A DNA stretch of 63,369 bases, filler included, from an uncultured Methanosarcinales archaeon (lineage in GTDB: Archaea; Nanobdellota; Nanobdellia; Woesearchaeales; CAIVOO01): the NCBI GenBank assembly GCA_964485195.1. It is 3 parts of 3 records of this genome, joined end to end, with 100 filler letters (N's around TTAATTAATTAA, not from the genome) between each part and the next. Parts side by side here need not be neighbours in the genome. Positions count along the whole stretch, not along the records: positions 31,555 to 54,051 come from CAZAIK010000006.1; 2 more parts are not named here. The stretch is one strand, 5' to 3'. Numbering within the stretch: position 1 is the first letter of the stretch; each line of letters opens with the position of its first letter. The position numbers were made by a program, and so were the translations under genes. The notes below the pieces were generated by a model, which was given only the letters and a program-made list of their open reading frames with translations, was not told the DNA's origin and ran no database searches. Shown here one piece after another: positions 36,806 to 46,439 of this stretch.

Positions 36806-37431
36806 TCAAGAACTTTCAGCTTTCCGGGCATAACCTCAAAAAGGTCTCCATTGTTTATGAGCTCTTTTATCATTGGGTCCGCATTTTCAATCTTGCATTC
36901 CTTCACAACAGTTTCAACATCCACACCTTCTCCCTGGTCAAGCCGCTTGATCAGTTCCAGGATTTTTTCCGCCCGGTTATCAATAACAATATCTTCTGCT
37001 TCCGGAGTTTGCTGTGGCTTTTTTTCATAAAATCTGCTGACCAGCTTTTTCTCTTTCTTTCTTAACTCCAAATCCTCCCTGTTCTTCTTTCTCACTATTT
37101 CTGCTGAAATAAAAGGAACTCCATTGTATTCCCTAATCTTTCCTATAATGTTAACAACATCTTCAACAGCTACCCCATCAAATACCGGATTGCTGTCAAA
37201 AGACCTTATGTTTATGCTGCCTGTTCCGTCTTCAATAGTTATGCCTTCAACGAGGTCAGAGGATTCTTTGGAAAGGACTATGCCAAAAACATTTACACGC
37301 GAAATTTCTATGCCTTCCCTTGTCCTGTAATACGTGCCCTTTTCCCCCTTTACAAAAGAGCCGTCTAACAAATCACTAACATCCATCCAGTAGGCAGTCT
37401 GCCTTTTCTGAAACTTGTTTTCATCTTCCAT
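36802..37431 (-). CDS. RPA32-like OB-fold plus winged-helix ssDNA-binding protein
   Basis: RVNVFG, IEDGTGSI and IIGKIREY OB fold; C-terminal GDLFEVMPG wH; directly downstream of mcm. Confidence 0.8.
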   Translation of the reverse strand: MEDENKFQKRQTAYWMDVSDLLDGSFVKGEKGTYYRTREGIEISRVNVFGIVLSKESSDLVEGITIEDGTGSINIRSFDSNPVFDGVAVEDVVNIIGKIREYNGVPFISAEIVRKKNREDLELRKKEKKLVSRFYEKKPQQTPEAEDIVIDNRAEKILELIKRLDQGEGVDVETVVKECKIENADPMIKELINNGDLFEVMPGKLKVLD

Positions 37432-37432
37432 T

Positions 37433-39448
37433 TTATATCCTTTGGATGAACCCTCTCTTGGGCTCAAACACATCTCCACTTCTTCTTAACCTTTCTATGA
37501 TATCTTCTATCTCTGAAGCTTCCAGCCCCTTCTCTTCAGCAGCCCCCACAACATCCTCAACAGGGATCACCTTTCCAAGTGTGTTCTCCAGGTCAGCGAT
37601 TATTGTTTTGACTACGTGAATCTTGTTTCTCTGGGAGGTTGAAATGCCTATGGTGAACCTGTCAATGTCCATTTTTCCAGTTTCAGGGTCTATTCCTATC
37701 TGCTGCAGGCAGTAGTGAACTATGTCAATAGCCCGTTTGGCATCTCTCTTGGTAACCTTGTCCGAAAACCTGGCTCGTGATGCGGCTTCTGAAAGCCTTA
37801 CCAGTGCTTCAAGCTGCCTTGCAGAGATTGGAACAGAAACAAACCTGCTGTCTTCTGAATGGCCTGAAGAGCGCATCTTGAGGAAATAGCCCTTTATTTC
37901 CTGCAATGCACCATCAGTTAATTTTGGCTTGAATCTTTTTGCGTAAGCAATATACTTTCTTAAAAGTTCCGTGGTTATCTCTAATTCAGAATCCTTGATT
38001 GCCTTTTGGTGAAGTCCCAGTATAAAACTGCTCAGCTTATCATCTGTTTCAGCATTGGGCAGGTCCTTGATGGGGAATATTAAGTCAAACCTGTTAAGCA
38101 GGGTGTTGGGCAGGTTTATCTGCTTTGAGATTATTTCCTCGGGGTCAAACCTCCCCAGCTTTGGGTTTGCAGCTGCCAGCACTGTGGTCTCTGACCTTAA
38201 AGTGGCCTGGATGTTTGCCTTTGAAACGGAAACAGTCTGCTGCTCAAGTGCTTCGTGCATTGCATTCCTGTCCTCCACAGACATTTTGTCAAGCTCGTCA
38301 ATGATGCACACTCCCCGGTTGGCCAGCACTAACGCGCCCGCTTCCAGGGCCCATCCTGCCAGGAATTCATCCTTAACCACAGAAGCCGTAAGCCCTGCTG
38401 CAGAGGCTCCCTTCCCTGACACCATCTTGGATTTTGGGGCAACGCTGTCCATCCTCCTGAGCAGCTGGGATTTTCCAGCCCCGGGGTCTCCTATGAGAAG
38501 TATATGTATGTCTCCCCTTGAAAAAACTCCATCATCCCTTTTTTTCCTTACCCCTCCCACCATCTGGAGAAACAGGGCTTCCTTTATCTTTTCGTGTCCG
38601 TAGATGGAGGGGGCAACAGAGTTTATTATTTTGTTAAAAAGCCTGGGGTCTTTTGATAATTCCTTTATCTCTTTTTCCTCCCCTTCTGCGATTGTCAATG
38701 TTCCGAAATCATCCTCTGTCCCGCCTACGAAATTGCCTTCTATCACCAGTTCAAATTTAGTGAGCTGTCCCCCGTCTCTGGAAGGAATGGGAACCTCCTT
38801 TAAAACGCCATTAACATATACCTTTGTTCCCGGATTTGTCTTCTTGTCAGACATGGGGCTTACCAGATCGTCCCTCAAGAGAAGGTTGATTCTCTTTGGC
38901 TGCTCTCCGCCCTCCAGCTCTTCAGGGCTTTCTTCCAGGATTATCCCCTGGAAGTCAACAAGCTCCTTCCCTATCAGGCGGAATTTTCCTTTTCTCCCGC
39001 ACCCGCATTTGCCCGGCTCCCTGAACTTGTTTTCAGTCTGCAATACTGAAAGGACATTGCCGCAGTTGGGGCATTCAAATTTTGCGTTGGTCACTTGGGG
39101 CCTTACATCACTTTTCTGTCTGACCAGCCCGATGACAAAAAGAAATTTTCCTATGTGCTCGCTCCTTATGTCCCTTATCATAATCTTTTGGGAGCTGGGC
39201 AGGTTGTCAAAACGTACTTTAAAATCCTTTTTTTCCCCTTCAAAATTTTCAAGGGAAATCTCTGCAGCGCGGATGGCATCCTCGGGATTTTCCAGTAAAT
39301 TCTCTGCCAGTTCGGGGTCCTGCGAAGCCAGCACCGCAAAGTCCACTTTAATGAATTTTTCTCCTTTTATAGAAGCCTCAGCTAGCTGGGCCTTGTAATT
39401 AGCCTCAAAAAAGTCCTGGAACCTTTGTATCTCATGTGCAGCATCCAT
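37433..39448 (-). CDS. mcm: MCM replicative helicase
   Basis: Zn finger, GDPGAGKSQ, IDELDKM, AAANP, RFD and ARQLEAL motifs. Confidence 0.97.
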   Translation of the reverse strand: MDAAHEIQRFQDFFEANYKAQLAEASIKGEKFIKVDFAVLASQDPELAENLLENPEDAIRAAEISLENFEGEKKDFKVRFDNLPSSQKIMIRDIRSEHIGKFLFVIGLVRQKSDVRPQVTNAKFECPNCGNVLSVLQTENKFREPGKCGCGRKGKFRLIGKELVDFQGIILEESPEELEGGEQPKRINLLLRDDLVSPMSDKKTNPGTKVYVNGVLKEVPIPSRDGGQLTKFELVIEGNFVGGTEDDFGTLTIAEGEEKEIKELSKDPRLFNKIINSVAPSIYGHEKIKEALFLQMVGGVRKKRDDGVFSRGDIHILLIGDPGAGKSQLLRRMDSVAPKSKMVSGKGASAAGLTASVVKDEFLAGWALEAGALVLANRGVCIIDELDKMSVEDRNAMHEALEQQTVSVSKANIQATLRSETTVLAAANPKLGRFDPEEIISKQINLPNTLLNRFDLIFPIKDLPNAETDDKLSSFILGLHQKAIKDSELEITTELLRKYIAYAKRFKPKLTDGALQEIKGYFLKMRSSGHSEDSRFVSVPISARQLEALVRLSEAASRARFSDKVTKRDAKRAIDIVHYCLQQIGIDPETGKMDIDRFTIGISTSQRNKIHVVKTIIADLENTLGKVIPVEDVVGAAEEKGLEASEIEDIIERLRRSGDVFEPKRGFIQRI

Positions 39449-39458
39449 TTCAACTTTT

Positions 39459-40013
39459 TTACTGGACTTTCTTTAAATTCTCAATCAGCTTGTCAAGCGC
39501 TGCCCTTGCTTCCTCTTCAGATTTCGTCCCGGTGCAGACTATCTTTCCGTTGCTGAAAAGCAGAAATGTGGCTTTTGCCTCGTTAAGCTTGTACACCAAG
39601 CCGGGAAACTGCTCAGGCTCGTATTCTGTGTTGTCAAGCTTGATTGTCAGCTTGTTAAGGTTCAAGTCCATACCTATGCTTCCCGAAGCTACCATATTCT
39701 GTATGCTTATCTCCGGCTTTATAGTTATCTTTATGTTTATCTTTTCCAGGCTCTTGATAATCTTTTGTATGGCCTGCTCCACCTGTTCCATATTCCTGGC
39801 GCCGGTGCAGACTATTTTTCCGGAGCTGAATATGAGAGCAGATGTTTTTGGCTCCTTTATCCTTAGGACAAGCCCTGGAAACTGCTCTGGGTTGTACTCT
39901 GTGTTGCTCAGCGTAGCGGCCATCTTTTCAAGAGGCACGTCGTGCTTCAGGTCAGAAGATACAACTATGTTCACAATCTCTAAATCTTTTTCTTTTTCAC
40001 CTTTTTTAGCCAT
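39459..40013 (-). CDS. tbp: TATA-binding protein
   Basis: Two repeats of EY.PEQFPGLV...LIFSSGKIVCTG. Confidence 0.97.
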   Translation of the reverse strand: MAKKGEKEKDLEIVNIVVSSDLKHDVPLEKMAATLSNTEYNPEQFPGLVLRIKEPKTSALIFSSGKIVCTGARNMEQVEQAIQKIIKSLEKINIKITIKPEISIQNMVASGSIGMDLNLNKLTIKLDNTEYEPEQFPGLVYKLNEAKATFLLFSNGKIVCTGTKSEEEARAALDKLIENLKKVQ

Positions 40014-40181
40014 TTTACCACCCCGTTCATTAAAAGGATTTATAAAGTTTATAAATACCAGCTTATTTATAAATACTTTTATTTTTAAATAATTAAGTTG
40101 GGGTGACTATGACCCCCTTATTTCCAGTGGAAAAACACTAAATATTCATTTAAAAAACTATTTGAGCGATTTGAGGCCTTT

Positions 40182-40523
40182 ATGATACTAAACAATAGCA
40201 AAAACACTTTAATAGCTGAAAAGGAAGTTTTTTATGGCTCAATTTTGGCTAAAATAAGGGGCTTGATGTTTACAAAAACCCACAAAACCATAATCTTCCC
40301 TTTTAAGAGGGAGTGCAGGCAGCATTTGCACACCTTCTTCGTCTTTTATCCCATTGACCTGGTTTTCATCAACAGCTCAAAAAAGGTCGTTGAAATCAAA
40401 AAAAACCTCAAGCCATTCAGCTATTACAATTCCAAGAACAAGGCACAATATGTAATAGAATGTTCCCAGGGGACTGTCGATAAGGCAAGAATAAAAGTAG
40501 GAGATAGAATAAGCTTTAAATAA
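40182..40523 (+). CDS. DUF192 family protein
   Basis: RGLMF, HTFFVFYPIDLVF and YVIE...VGD motifs. Confidence 0.85.
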   Translation: MILNNSKNTLIAEKEVFYGSILAKIRGLMFTKTHKTIIFPFKRECRQHLHTFFVFYPIDLVFINSSKKVVEIKKNLKPFSYYNSKNKAQYVIECSQGTVDKARIKVGDRISFK

Positions 40524-40546
40524 TCATGAAAAAATCAAAATTCAGC

Positions 40547-40677
40547 GGGGGCGTAGTATAACCTGGCTAGAATGGACGGCTCCAGTCGCGGAGCGCTGAG
40601 CGAGAGCGATGAAGAACTAAACGGTTTGTGCTTCAGGAAGAAACCGTCAGATCAGGGTTCAAATCCCTGCGCCCCCA
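40547..40677 (+). tRNA. trnW: tRNA-Trp(CCA) with a 57-nt intron at 37/38 (40586-40642)
   Basis: Acceptor stem GGGGGCG/CGCCCCC-A; anticodon stem GACGG/CCGTC around CT-CCA-G|intron|A; T arm CAGGG-TTCAAAT-CCCTG; CCA end not encoded. Confidence 0.92.
40586..40642 (+). ncRNA. Intron-encoded box C/D guide RNA (putative, targeting tRNA-Trp C34)
   Basis: GGAGC guide complementary to G31-C35 lies upstream of the CTGA D box, and the fifth nt pairs with C34; GC-GAGA-GC hairpin then a GATGA C-like box. Confidence 0.65.
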
Positions 40678-40831
40678 TAACTTTTTTATATTCCTATTTC
40701 ACATTATTGGTATGCACGGGCAATTGAACTCCTAATACGCGCCATCCAATCCCTCTGCGTTTAATTTATATAAAGAGTCGGTAGAAGCAGATTTTCTGGA
40801 AGAATTAGGGGTTAAGGTTAACTATGAAGGA

Positions 40832-41131
40832 TTGTTGGAGAAATATCGTGAACTCTTAACTCTGCTGGGCGCTGAAGAACAGTTAACTAGCGGAAAAACC
40901 CCTCAGCAGGCGATAGACATCCTTATATATAATTTTGCCCGAACCGATCTGGACCAGAGGAATATGATTGAAAAAATAAGGGAAGGCAAGTTGGATCTTA
41001 GAGAAGACCCCATGGTTGAGGGCGCTGCAAATTATGGTGATGAAAGATGGAAGGCCAGGATTAGGGTTCCGGGTCGTGAATGCTCAAAGCTGTATTTGCT
41101 AAGGACTCATCATTTCTGGGAACGTCTGTAA
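40832..41131 (+). CDS. Hypothetical protein (start uncertain; possible pseudogene)
   Basis: Frame is open from 40736. An in-frame ATG at 40712 is cut off by TAA at 40733. Confidence 0.4.
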   Translation: MLEKYRELLTLLGAEEQLTSGKTPQQAIDILIYNFARTDLDQRNMIEKIREGKLDLREDPMVEGAANYGDERWKARIRVPGRECSKLYLLRTHHFWERL

Positions 41132-41189
41132 AAATTTAATTAATTTTAAAAACAAAGCAGCAAATCTTCTTACTGGAGGCGAACCTTTA

Positions 41190-42317
41190 ATGATAAAGAA
41201 GTGGTATTATGCATCAGCCACCATAATGGGCGCAGTCATAGGGGCGGGCGTTCTGGGAATTCCCTTTGTTTTTGCCAAGGCCGGTGTTTTGTTCGGTTTG
41301 ATAAACCTTGTTGTGGTGGCCTGCCTTTTTCTTTTTGTGAACCTCTGCCTGGGTGAGGTGATGCTGAGGACGAAAGGCATACATCAGCTTTCAGGATATG
41401 CTGAGAAATACTTGGGGAAGAAAGGCAAGCTAATAATGTCCATGGCGCTAATTTTTGCCCTTTATGGAGCACTGATTGCCTATCTCATAGGTCTTGGGGA
41501 GGTTACCAGCTCCTTGTTCGGAGGCCAGCCCTTCTTTTATACAACGGTTTTTTTCATAGTCTACTCAATCCTAATATATTACGGAATAAAAGCTGTCAGC
41601 AGGTCAGAATTCTTTTTTTCTTCCATTAAAATACTGGCCTTCATTGCCCTGCTTGTCAGCATAGTTGCCTTCTTCAGGTTTGAGAATGTTGAGACAACAG
41701 TCTTTTCAGTCAAGAATTTTTTCCTGCCGTACGGAGTTGTTCTGTTCGCACTGCTAGGCTTCCCCGCACTTCCTGAAGCGAGGGAGGTGCTAGCGGGAGA
41801 GGAAAAAGATCTTAAAAAGGCGATAATGGTTGCAATGATAATTCCTGCGGCCATCTACTTCTTATTCGGTATTTTTTTCGTGGGGGCATTGGGAAAAAAT
41901 ATTTCAGAAGTAGCAGTCAGCTCTTTGAATGTTCTGGGCGGAATCCAGTTTCTTTTAGGGATATTCTTTGCTTTCCTCTCGCTTACAACAGCTTACCTGT
42001 CCCTGGGCCTGGCTCTGCAGGAGGTGTATGAGTATGATTACAAAGTAAAACACAAACTGGCTTTTTTATTGACCGTTCTGGTCCCGTATTCTCTTGTGGC
42101 AGCGGGGGTTAAAAGTTTTGTCAAAACATTGAGCCTGGTCGGCGCAATAGGGGGGGGAATTATGGGAATCCTGATAGTGCTTATGTTTGTAAGAGCAAAA
42201 AAGACAGGAAACAGGACACCAGAATACAGGATTAAAAGAAAAAGGATATTAAGCTGGATTATTATTGCGCTTTTTACAGCGGGAATTATCTATGAATTTA
42301 TTTTTTTCTTTTCTTAG
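41190..42317 (+). CDS. Amino acid permease (Trp/Tyr permease, HAAAP-like)
   Basis: IGAGVLGIPF, YAEKYLG, PYGVVLFA and TTAYLSLG motifs; about 11 TM helices. Confidence 0.85.
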   Translation: MIKKWYYASATIMGAVIGAGVLGIPFVFAKAGVLFGLINLVVVACLFLFVNLCLGEVMLRTKGIHQLSGYAEKYLGKKGKLIMSMALIFALYGALIAYLIGLGEVTSSLFGGQPFFYTTVFFIVYSILIYYGIKAVSRSEFFFSSIKILAFIALLVSIVAFFRFENVETTVFSVKNFFLPYGVVLFALLGFPALPEAREVLAGEEKDLKKAIMVAMIIPAAIYFLFGIFFVGALGKNISEVAVSSLNVLGGIQFLLGIFFAFLSLTTAYLSLGLALQEVYEYDYKVKHKLAFLLTVLVPYSLVAAGVKSFVKTLSLVGAIGGGIMGILIVLMFVRAKKTGNRTPEYRIKRKRILSWIIIALFTAGIIYEFIFFFS

Positions 42318-45300
42318 AAGGCTTCTTTTTAGGGGCTATATCTGTTTTAGAGGCCTTTTTTCTCTTTCCTTTTTCAGCTTCTATCTCCTGCCTGATTTCC
42401 GCCAGAAACTCCCTTTTTTCCTTTCTCCTCTTTTTGAAAACCAGCAACAGCAGCAAGCCGACAACGATTATGGCCGCACCGATGACGAAAAACTTGTTTT
42501 TCAGGAGTATGTCCCCAGGAATCCTGTCCTGCAAAATAAAGGCAACTGTTTTGGTGTATTCAATATCCTCTGAAGGGACGGAAACTTCAACTGTCGCATT
42601 GTAAACTCCTTCTGTTACATTGCTGTCAGGCGCTGCAGTGATATTTACCCTTTTAATACCCCCTTTTGGGATAACAAATACGGAGCCTGTGGCTGAGATC
42701 CAGTCAGCAGATGTATCTATGTTATAAGTGGCTGCCCTTGCAAATTCATTAGAGAATATAAAGGGAACAACTACCTTGTCTCCTGGCCCCATCTCAACCC
42801 CAATAATCTCATCTGCAGGGTTTGTCATATTCAAAGTTGAGCCGTAATACTGTCCGGGCTTTTCAGGAAGGGTTGTTACATAGTATGCTGTGCCTGCTAT
42901 GACCGCCGCTATTATGCCTATCAGCACAATCTTCCATACAAGGCCTGGATGAGCTCCCTTTTCCCTGCCTTTTTTGATTTTCACATCTGCTTTTTTACTG
43001 CCTGCAGCATCAAATCTTGATTTTCTGGTAAGAGCAAGTATTATAATTAGAGCTATGGCCAGGGCGATCCCTGCGATTATGTAAGGGAGGTACTTCATCA
43101 AGAATGATTTCTCCCTCTGTATCCTCAGCTCTATGCTTTCAGCATACTGCAAATCTGTTTCATTAATATTAAGACCGAGTGTCACCTCATAAATTCCGTC
43201 AGGCAGGTCAGGCGTTGTGTTTATCAAAAGATGCAGTGTTTCAGTCTCATTTACGTCCAAGGACAAAGTGTTCTTGTCAGAGGTTATCCAGCTGGTGTTA
43301 ACATTGTTGATAGTATACACAACCTCAGAAGGCGCATTGTTTTTTATGATTACGGGAACGTCCAAAAGCCCGTCCTCTCTCACGTAAATAACCTTGCCTT
43401 CGCCTTCCACTCCCGTGCTCCTGTTAATTTCAATCTCAGGCGCTGCAGGAAATGTCTGGTTGCTGGCATTTGTCTGATTGGTCAAATTCGCAGCAGGGAC
43501 CATTGCTCCGAACAGTCCGGATATAAATCCCCAGTTCAAGACTATAAGAGCTACGACTCCCGCTAATACTATGATTAAAAATAATATGCTGAAAAACTTG
43601 GACCAGTTTAGCTTCTTTTTAGCTTTTACCTTTTTAGGCACGCTCAGCCTTGGGCCTTCCTCAGGGACCATGGTAGGTGTTGTGAAAGGCAGGAAAGTGG
43701 GCTGGTAGGTTGCAGGTTTCTTTTCTTCCACTACTTTAACTGGTTCCATCTCTTTCTTTAGCTTCCTTTTTTCCCTGATTTTCTTAACCATTTTCCTGAT
43801 TAGCCATATCAAGAAAATCAGCAAAACAATAGCAGCTGCCCCCAAAGCCAGGTACAGCCAGTTGGCTGCAAGAAAAGGAACTGCGATATTGTAAAGCTTC
43901 TCGTAAACAGTGGATGAGAATAATTTTACCTTGAAATCCTTGGAATATCCAATTCCTGCCTGGGGCAGTGCCGCTGTAAGGGTCATTGCATATTTCCCTT
44001 CAGGAATTTCATCGGAAGGAGATGTTTGTATTACTGCTGTTTTTGCTTCTCCTGGCGCCAACGTGATTTCATTCTGGGAAAGATTCATCCACCCGGAACC
44101 TTCTAGTGAGAGGTGATAAGTTGCCTGGGCTACCCCTTTATTCTTTATGCTCACATTTACATCTGCAAAATCATACCTGATGGCATCTACCAAAAGGTCA
44201 AATTCAAGGTCATAAGCTTCTTCCACAGAGATAACATCCAATGTAATTTTCTGGGACTCAGCTATCCAGTCTTCCTTCACTGTCACCCTGGCAGGGGTTT
44301 TCCCTGAAAATTCAGAGGGTATGTCAGCATTCAATATGACTTCTGCCTTGTCACCTGAAGAAATTGTAACCTGTTCCTCTTCAGGAACCAGCCATTCAGG
44401 ACCTTCCACTTCCAGGTTGAAAGTCCCCTCCCTTGTTCCTGTATTTTCAATTTCTACAATGTAATCATAACTGTTTGATGCTATTAACTCTTGTTCAGGT
44501 CTTATGATGTTAAAAACAAAAGCCCTGCATTTTTCAACAGCTAAATTGGCAAAGATTGCCTTTTGTGATTCTCCCCTCTCTGAAGTGCTGATTATATCAA
44601 AAGAGTAATTTCCCACCTTAAGGTCTGATGTGCTGACTATTAGATTTGTGAGGCCAGTTTCATTGGGGAAAAGGAATATGCTGTTGTTCTCAACACTTGC
44701 GTAGTCCTCTGTGGTTTCTATTACAAATTCATTGCTGAAATCAGCATTATTGGTGATTGTGATCGGGGAACTCGCTGACTCTCCTTCGCAAACCCTGAAT
44801 GAGGAATCTCCCTGAATTGCATAATCATAGCATTCTCTTATGTTCAGCTCCAATGGGACGTGTGCAAGATACCTTGATTTTTCTGTCGTGATGTCAACTG
44901 CCAGTTCCTGCTTTCCGAAGATTTCGCAGGGAAGATTGAAAAAAACAGTTAATGTCTTGTTCTGGTTGGGCCTTAACAGGAAATTATTTTCACTTACCGA
45001 GGCAAATTCAGAAAATTCAGTTACATTCACCCTGAAAATCTCATCATAGGATCCTAAGTTCTTAACATAAACCTGGTATTGCACAGGACTGCACGGGCAG
45101 CTTACCTGGGAGCTTTCAGTAGGGGTTATCTCAAAATTAGCGCATCGGCCTGTATTTATCACCTGCTCAAAAACCTTTGAAAGCCCGAAAGTAGTTGTAA
45201 CATTTATTTCTTCCTTAAGCTTGCCTTCTACATCACAGGGAAGGTTGATATAGTTGATTATTTCCTTTGCCTGTCCTGGCTCTAAAACAAAGAAGCTCTC

Positions 45301-45540
45301 TGAGAAGGTGGAATAAGGCGCAGCGCTTCCTGACTTGAACATTTCATATGTGCTTGTGACGCTTCCTGTGTTCCTGATTGTGTAGGTCGTTGCAGTTAAT
45401 CCGCAAGAGCACGCATCCAGTTCCTGCTTCTGGGCTGATAAGGAGAAATCCTCTGAAACACCCAGTGCAGACTGCGAAAATATAAGAAGGGTGAACAAGA
45501 TTATCAAAAATCCAAGCAGTTTTTTGCTACTCATTGTCAA
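42298..45540 (-). CDS. Multi-pass surface protein with repeated Ig-like (CARDB/NPCBM-associated-like) domains
   Basis: Repeated I.N.G and L.PGE units; signal peptide plus five TM segments separated by Lys-rich loops. Confidence 0.75.
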   Translation of the reverse strand: MTMSSKKLLGFLIILFTLLIFSQSALGVSEDFSLSAQKQELDACSCGLTATTYTIRNTGSVTSTYEMFKSGSAAPYSTFSESFFVLEPGQAKEIINYINLPCDVEGKLKEEINVTTTFGLSKVFEQVINTGRCANFEITPTESSQVSCPCSPVQYQVYVKNLGSYDEIFRVNVTEFSEFASVSENNFLLRPNQNKTLTVFFNLPCEIFGKQELAVDITTEKSRYLAHVPLELNIRECYDYAIQGDSSFRVCEGESASSPITITNNADFSNEFVIETTEDYASVENNSIFLFPNETGLTNLIVSTSDLKVGNYSFDIISTSERGESQKAIFANLAVEKCRAFVFNIIRPEQELIASNSYDYIVEIENTGTREGTFNLEVEGPEWLVPEEEQVTISSGDKAEVILNADIPSEFSGKTPARVTVKEDWIAESQKITLDVISVEEAYDLEFDLLVDAIRYDFADVNVSIKNKGVAQATYHLSLEGSGWMNLSQNEITLAPGEAKTAVIQTSPSDEIPEGKYAMTLTAALPQAGIGYSKDFKVKLFSSTVYEKLYNIAVPFLAANWLYLALGAAAIVLLIFLIWLIRKMVKKIREKRKLKKEMEPVKVVEEKKPATYQPTFLPFTTPTMVPEEGPRLSVPKKVKAKKKLNWSKFFSILFLIIVLAGVVALIVLNWGFISGLFGAMVPAANLTNQTNASNQTFPAAPEIEINRSTGVEGEGKVIYVREDGLLDVPVIIKNNAPSEVVYTINNVNTSWITSDKNTLSLDVNETETLHLLINTTPDLPDGIYEVTLGLNINETDLQYAESIELRIQREKSFLMKYLPYIIAGIALAIALIIILALTRKSRFDAAGSKKADVKIKKGREKGAHPGLVWKIVLIGIIAAVIAGTAYYVTTLPEKPGQYYGSTLNMTNPADEIIGVEMGPGDKVVVPFIFSNEFARAATYNIDTSADWISATGSVFVIPKGGIKRVNITAAPDSNVTEGVYNATVEVSVPSEDIEYTKTVAFILQDRIPGDILLKNKFFVIGAAIIVVGLLLLLVFKKRRKEKREFLAEIRQEIEAEKGKRKKASKTDIAPKKKPSKKRKK

Positions 45541-45649
45541 TACTCATAAGTTGTTACTCCGTAATGAATAACCCATATATAAATGTTTGGGTTTTTATAT
45601 TCAATATATAGATGCAAAGTTTATTAAACAGAATCCATAACCCTCCTGT

Positions 45650-46438
45650 ATGTTTTTAAGCAACATAGACCCTGTGCTGCTAAGATTAGGCCAGTTTGAA
45701 ATAAGATATTACGGCCTGATATATGTAATAGGGTTGGTTATTACCTACTTTTTCCTGACCTACCTGGCAAAACAGCGGAAAATGCCCTTAAAAAAAGAGG
45801 ACATCCTGGACCTGCTTTTCTACGGCATTATCAGCATAATAATCGGAGCAAGGCTGTTCTACGTGCTTTTCTACAACATCCCCTACTTTGCCTCTGAACC
45901 CCTCAAAATCCTTGCCATATGGAAAGGTGGCCTCTCCTTCCACGGCGGCTTAGTGGGCATTATTTTTGCAGGCTGGTGGTTCTGCAGAAGGAAAAAAGTG
46001 GATTTTTGGGAGATGGCAGACCTTGTTGTAATTCCAGTATCTGTTTCCCTGATGCTGGGCAGGATTGGCAATTTCCTGAACAGCGAGCTTTACGGAAGGC
46101 TTTCCAATGTTCCCTGGGCAGTGAAATTTGAGGGTGTGGAAGGATTCCGCCACCCTTCCCAGCTTTACGAGTCTTTCAAAAACCTGATCATTTTCTCTGT
46201 ATTGTGGAATGTCAAGGACAAAAAACAGCCTCACGGTGTCATGTTTTCCTATTTTCTTATGATGTACTCCTCCTTCAGGTTTGTGATAGAGTTTTTCAGG
46301 CAGCCGGATGTTCAGCTGGGGTTTGTTCTGGGCCCGTTCTCTATGGGTCAGCTGCTTAACATACCTGTGTTCCTTGCAGGGCTTGCCTTGTTCTTTTACT
46401 TTCATAAATCTTATAAAAAAAGGAAAACAAGAAAATAA
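45650..46438 (+). CDS. lgt: Prolipoprotein diacylglyceryl transferase
   Basis: IRYYG, IGARLFYV, GGLSFHGG, LGRIGNFLNSELYG, HPSQLYE, RFVIEFFR and MGQLL: the full Lgt signature set. Confidence 0.95.
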   Translation: MFLSNIDPVLLRLGQFEIRYYGLIYVIGLVITYFFLTYLAKQRKMPLKKEDILDLLFYGIISIIIGARLFYVLFYNIPYFASEPLKILAIWKGGLSFHGGLVGIIFAGWWFCRRKKVDFWEMADLVVIPVSVSLMLGRIGNFLNSELYGRLSNVPWAVKFEGVEGFRHPSQLYESFKNLIIFSVLWNVKDKKQPHGVMFSYFLMMYSSFRFVIEFFRQPDVQLGFVLGPFSMGQLLNIPVFLAGLALFFYFHKSYKKRKTRK

Positions 46439-46439
46439 A

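Noticed and set aside
31555..39448. Inteins in DP2 or MCM (also checked PolB and NrdJ)
   Set aside because: Lengths are normal and motifs contiguous; no intein termini or LAGLIDADG blocks seen.
38055..40092. Long antisense ORFs over mcm and tbp (and similar ones over polB, ileS, nrdJ and polC)
   Set aside because: Shadow frames of well-conserved genes with no recognisable motifs.
40014..40181. Replication origin beside tbp-mcm
   Set aside because: The AT-rich TTTATAAA repeats are explained by divergent TATA boxes; no ORB repeats or cdc6/orc1 nearby.
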